From an uncultured delta proteobacterium (lineage in GTDB: Bacteria; Desulfobacterota; Binatia; UBA9968): a stretch of DNA of 64,000 nt. A program made the position numbers and the translations under genes. Below the pieces are notes generated by a model that was not told where the DNA came from, ran no database searches, and saw only the letters and a list, made by a program, of their open reading frames with translations. Shown piece by piece: positions 61,879 to 64,000 of the stretch (the first letter of the stretch is position 1; each line of letters starts with the position of its first letter). Location: the NCBI GenBank assembly GCA_963771465.1, contig CAVYTU010000015.1:384001-448000 (forward strand), read 5' to 3'.

Positions 61879-63432
61879 ATGGCGCAATCACGCGAAGAAT
61901 TAGCAAAAAAACTCTCCGGCCAAGAACAAAAGGTCATCGCCGGCGATCCCAAAACCGTCGCCAAGCTGCACGACCAAGGTAACTTAACAGCGCGCGAACG
62001 GGTCGACAAACTTTTAGACGACGGGAGTTTCGTCGAAGAGTTCATGTTGGCGGAAACCCAGTCGACCGACTTCGGCATGGCGGAAAGACGACAGCCGTCG
62101 GACGGCGTGGTCACCGGCTTCGGCAAAATCGACGGCCGGCCGGTCTATGTCTACTCGCAGGACCGCTCGGTGCTCGCCGGTAGCGTCGGCAGCGCCCACG
62201 CGGAAAAAATCGCCTACGTGATTCAGACCGCGCGCAAGCTCGGCGTGCCGGTGATCGGCCTCAACGACTCCGCCGGCGCGCGCATTCAAGAGGGCCTGAC
62301 CGTCACCTCAGCCATCGGCAAAATATTTTTTGAGAATAGCATCGCCTCGGGTTGCGTCCCGCAGATCTCGGCGATCATGGGCCCCTGCATCGGCGTCGGC
62401 TCCTACTCGCCGGCGCTGACCGATTTCATTCTGCAAGTACAAAATACCAGTCAGATGTTCATCACCGGTCCGGCGGTGATCAAAGAAGTGCTGGGCGAAA
62501 CGGTGACCATGGAAGAATTGGGCGGCGCCAAGATTCACTCCGAAGTTTCCGGCGTCACCGATCTGGTCGCCAAGAACGACGACGAGTGTCTGGCTGCGAT
62601 TCGCAAGCTCATGGGCTTTCTGCCAGCGAACTTCGAGCAACTTCCGCCGCGCAAAGAAACTAAAGACGATCCGGCACGCGCGCTCGAAACACTGGAAAAA
62701 ATCGTTCCCGAAGACACCAAGCGCGCCTATAACATTGTCCAAGTGATCAAAGCCATCGTCGACGACGGCGATTTTTTTGAGCTGAAAGCGAAGTTCGCGC
62801 GCAATCTGGTGATCGGCTTTGGCCGCCTCGACGGCTATCCGGTGGGCTTCGTCGCCAACCAGCCAATGTTTCTCGCCGGCAGCTTGGATGTCGACGCGTC
62901 GGACAAAGCGGCACGCTTTATTCGTTTCTGCGATGCCTTCAACATTCCGATCATCACGCTGATGGATGTGCCGGGCTTTTTCCCCGGCAAACAGCAAGAA
63001 GAAAAAGGCATCATCCGCCACGGCGCCAAAATGCTTTATGCCTACGCCGAGGCGACCGTGCCCAAGATCACCGTGGTACTGCGCAAAGGTTACGGCGGCG
63101 CCAAGCAGGCGCTTTGTACTCGTGAAATGGGCGCTGACCAGCTATTGGTTTGGCCGGGCGTGGAACTGGCGGTGATGGGCGGCGGTGGCGCGGTCAACGT
63201 TCTCTACAAGCGCGAAATCGAGCAGTCGGCGGACCCAGCCAAGACTAGAGCCGAAAAGATCGCGGAGTATCAGGAGCGCTTCAACGGTCCGTTTGAAGCA
63301 TTAGCAAAACAATTTGCCCAGGCCGCAATCCGTCCGGCGGAAACCCGCAAGCGGCTAATTCAGTGCTTGGAAGTTTTGCGCTTTAAGAAAGAAGAGCGGC
63401 CGCGCAAAAAACATGGCCTCATGCCGGTATGA
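61879..63432 (+). CDS. Acyl-CoA carboxyltransferase (PccB/MmdA-like)
   Basis: TARER...LD.GSF.E, DSAGARIQEG, MFITGP, DVPGF.PG..QE and KKHG..P motifs. Confidence 0.9.
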   Translation: MAQSREELAKKLSGQEQKVIAGDPKTVAKLHDQGNLTARERVDKLLDDGSFVEEFMLAETQSTDFGMAERRQPSDGVVTGFGKIDGRPVYVYSQDRSVLAGSVGSAHAEKIAYVIQTARKLGVPVIGLNDSAGARIQEGLTVTSAIGKIFFENSIASGCVPQISAIMGPCIGVGSYSPALTDFILQVQNTSQMFITGPAVIKEVLGETVTMEELGGAKIHSEVSGVTDLVAKNDDECLAAIRKLMGFLPANFEQLPPRKETKDDPARALETLEKIVPEDTKRAYNIVQVIKAIVDDGDFFELKAKFARNLVIGFGRLDGYPVGFVANQPMFLAGSLDVDASDKAARFIRFCDAFNIPIITLMDVPGFFPGKQQEEKGIIRHGAKMLYAYAEATVPKITVVLRKGYGGAKQALCTREMGADQLLVWPGVELAVMGGGGAVNVLYKREIEQSADPAKTRAEKIAEYQERFNGPFEALAKQFAQAAIRPAETRKRLIQCLEVLRFKKEERPRKKHGLMPV

Positions 63433-63471
63433 TCGAGTCTTGGCCGATGATACTGCTTCGATCCAGTACGA

Positions 63472-64000
63472 TCATGGCTGTATTTGCCTCGAGGTCGTCG
63501 CCGATTGCTCGTCGCGCTCGTCGGCTCTTCCAGGTAATGAAAAGTAAAAGGTGCTTCCTTTCCCCAATTCACTCTCGACCCAGATGCGTCCACCGTGCGC
63601 TTCGACGATTTTCTTGCAGATCGCCAGGCCCAAGCCGGTCCCCTTGCGACTGAATTTTGCACCGCCTTCAACTTGGCCGTAGAGTTCGAACATGTGCGCC
63701 AAGCCGTTTTGCGGAATACCCATGCCGGTATCCTTAACGGCAATCATCACCCCTGACGATTCGTCGCCGCGCGCGTTAACCTCGATGGCATCCCCAGCTT
63801 CGGTAAATTTAAAAGCGTTGCTCAGGAGATTTTCCAACACCTGGTCAATGCGCTGGTAGTCGAGGACCGTGGTCGGTAAGTTTTCCTCGATCGTAATGTT
63901 AAACCTAATGCCGCGTTTATCGGCTTCGAGCGCATAGGCCTGCAAGCTCTTGTGCAGCAGTGCTGCAAAATCCACCGGCGCTTTGAGCAGGTGGAGCTTA
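63472..64000 (-). CDS. C-terminal HATPase_c part of a histidine kinase, continuing beyond the window
   Basis: [21 protein letters not shown] and GSTF motifs. Confidence 0.88.
   Translation of the reverse strand, partial: KLHLLKAPVDFAALLHKSLQAYALEADKRGIRFNITIEENLPTTVLDYQRIDQVLENLLSNAFKFTEAGDAIEVNARGDESSGVMIAVKDTGMGIPQNGLAHMFELYGQVEGGAKFSRKGTGLGLAICKKIVEAHGGRIWVESELGKGSTFYFSLPGRADERDEQSATTSRQIQP

Overview
A GC-rich bacterial chromosomal segment with no integrase, transposase or CRISPR array visible. The gene content suggests a deltaproteobacteria-like lineage, possibly Candidatus Binatia (inference only). From left to right: a truncated lmtA-like gene; four tRNAs with rdgB and rph; housekeeping genes; an ECF sigma factor with a Ser/Thr kinase carrying a c-type heme (DUF3365-like) sensor; a UGA-interrupted PrdB/GrdB-like selenoprotein; two TctC/Bug binding proteins; histidine kinase pieces; and arnT. 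A large sigma54-type nitrogen island follows (glnK-amtB, a glnA remnant, GATase with a pseudo-receiver ANTAR protein, an ANTAR attenuator, nirA-Rieske, nrtABCD, narB, cobA, porin). Next is an iron/metal island: a DtxR-family repressor, phnDCE-like ABC genes, cytochrome c-FTR1, a Com-like zinc ribbon, a leader attenuator, exbB-exbD-tonB-hemP, a TonB receptor, piuC, PepSY-flavodoxin and bfr. The window ends with tatD-metG-holB-tmk, minor pilins, a cupin and a Na+-pumping acyl-CoA decarboxylase operon. Many genes, including essential metG, carry 1-nt frameshifts, so the assembly probably has indel errors and apparent fusions or breaks need read-level checks. The best candidate for an undescribed system is a layered iron circuit: a Mu Com-like Cys4 protein sits directly upstream of a promoter whose leader has short repeats overlapping an intrinsic terminator ahead of the TonB operon.
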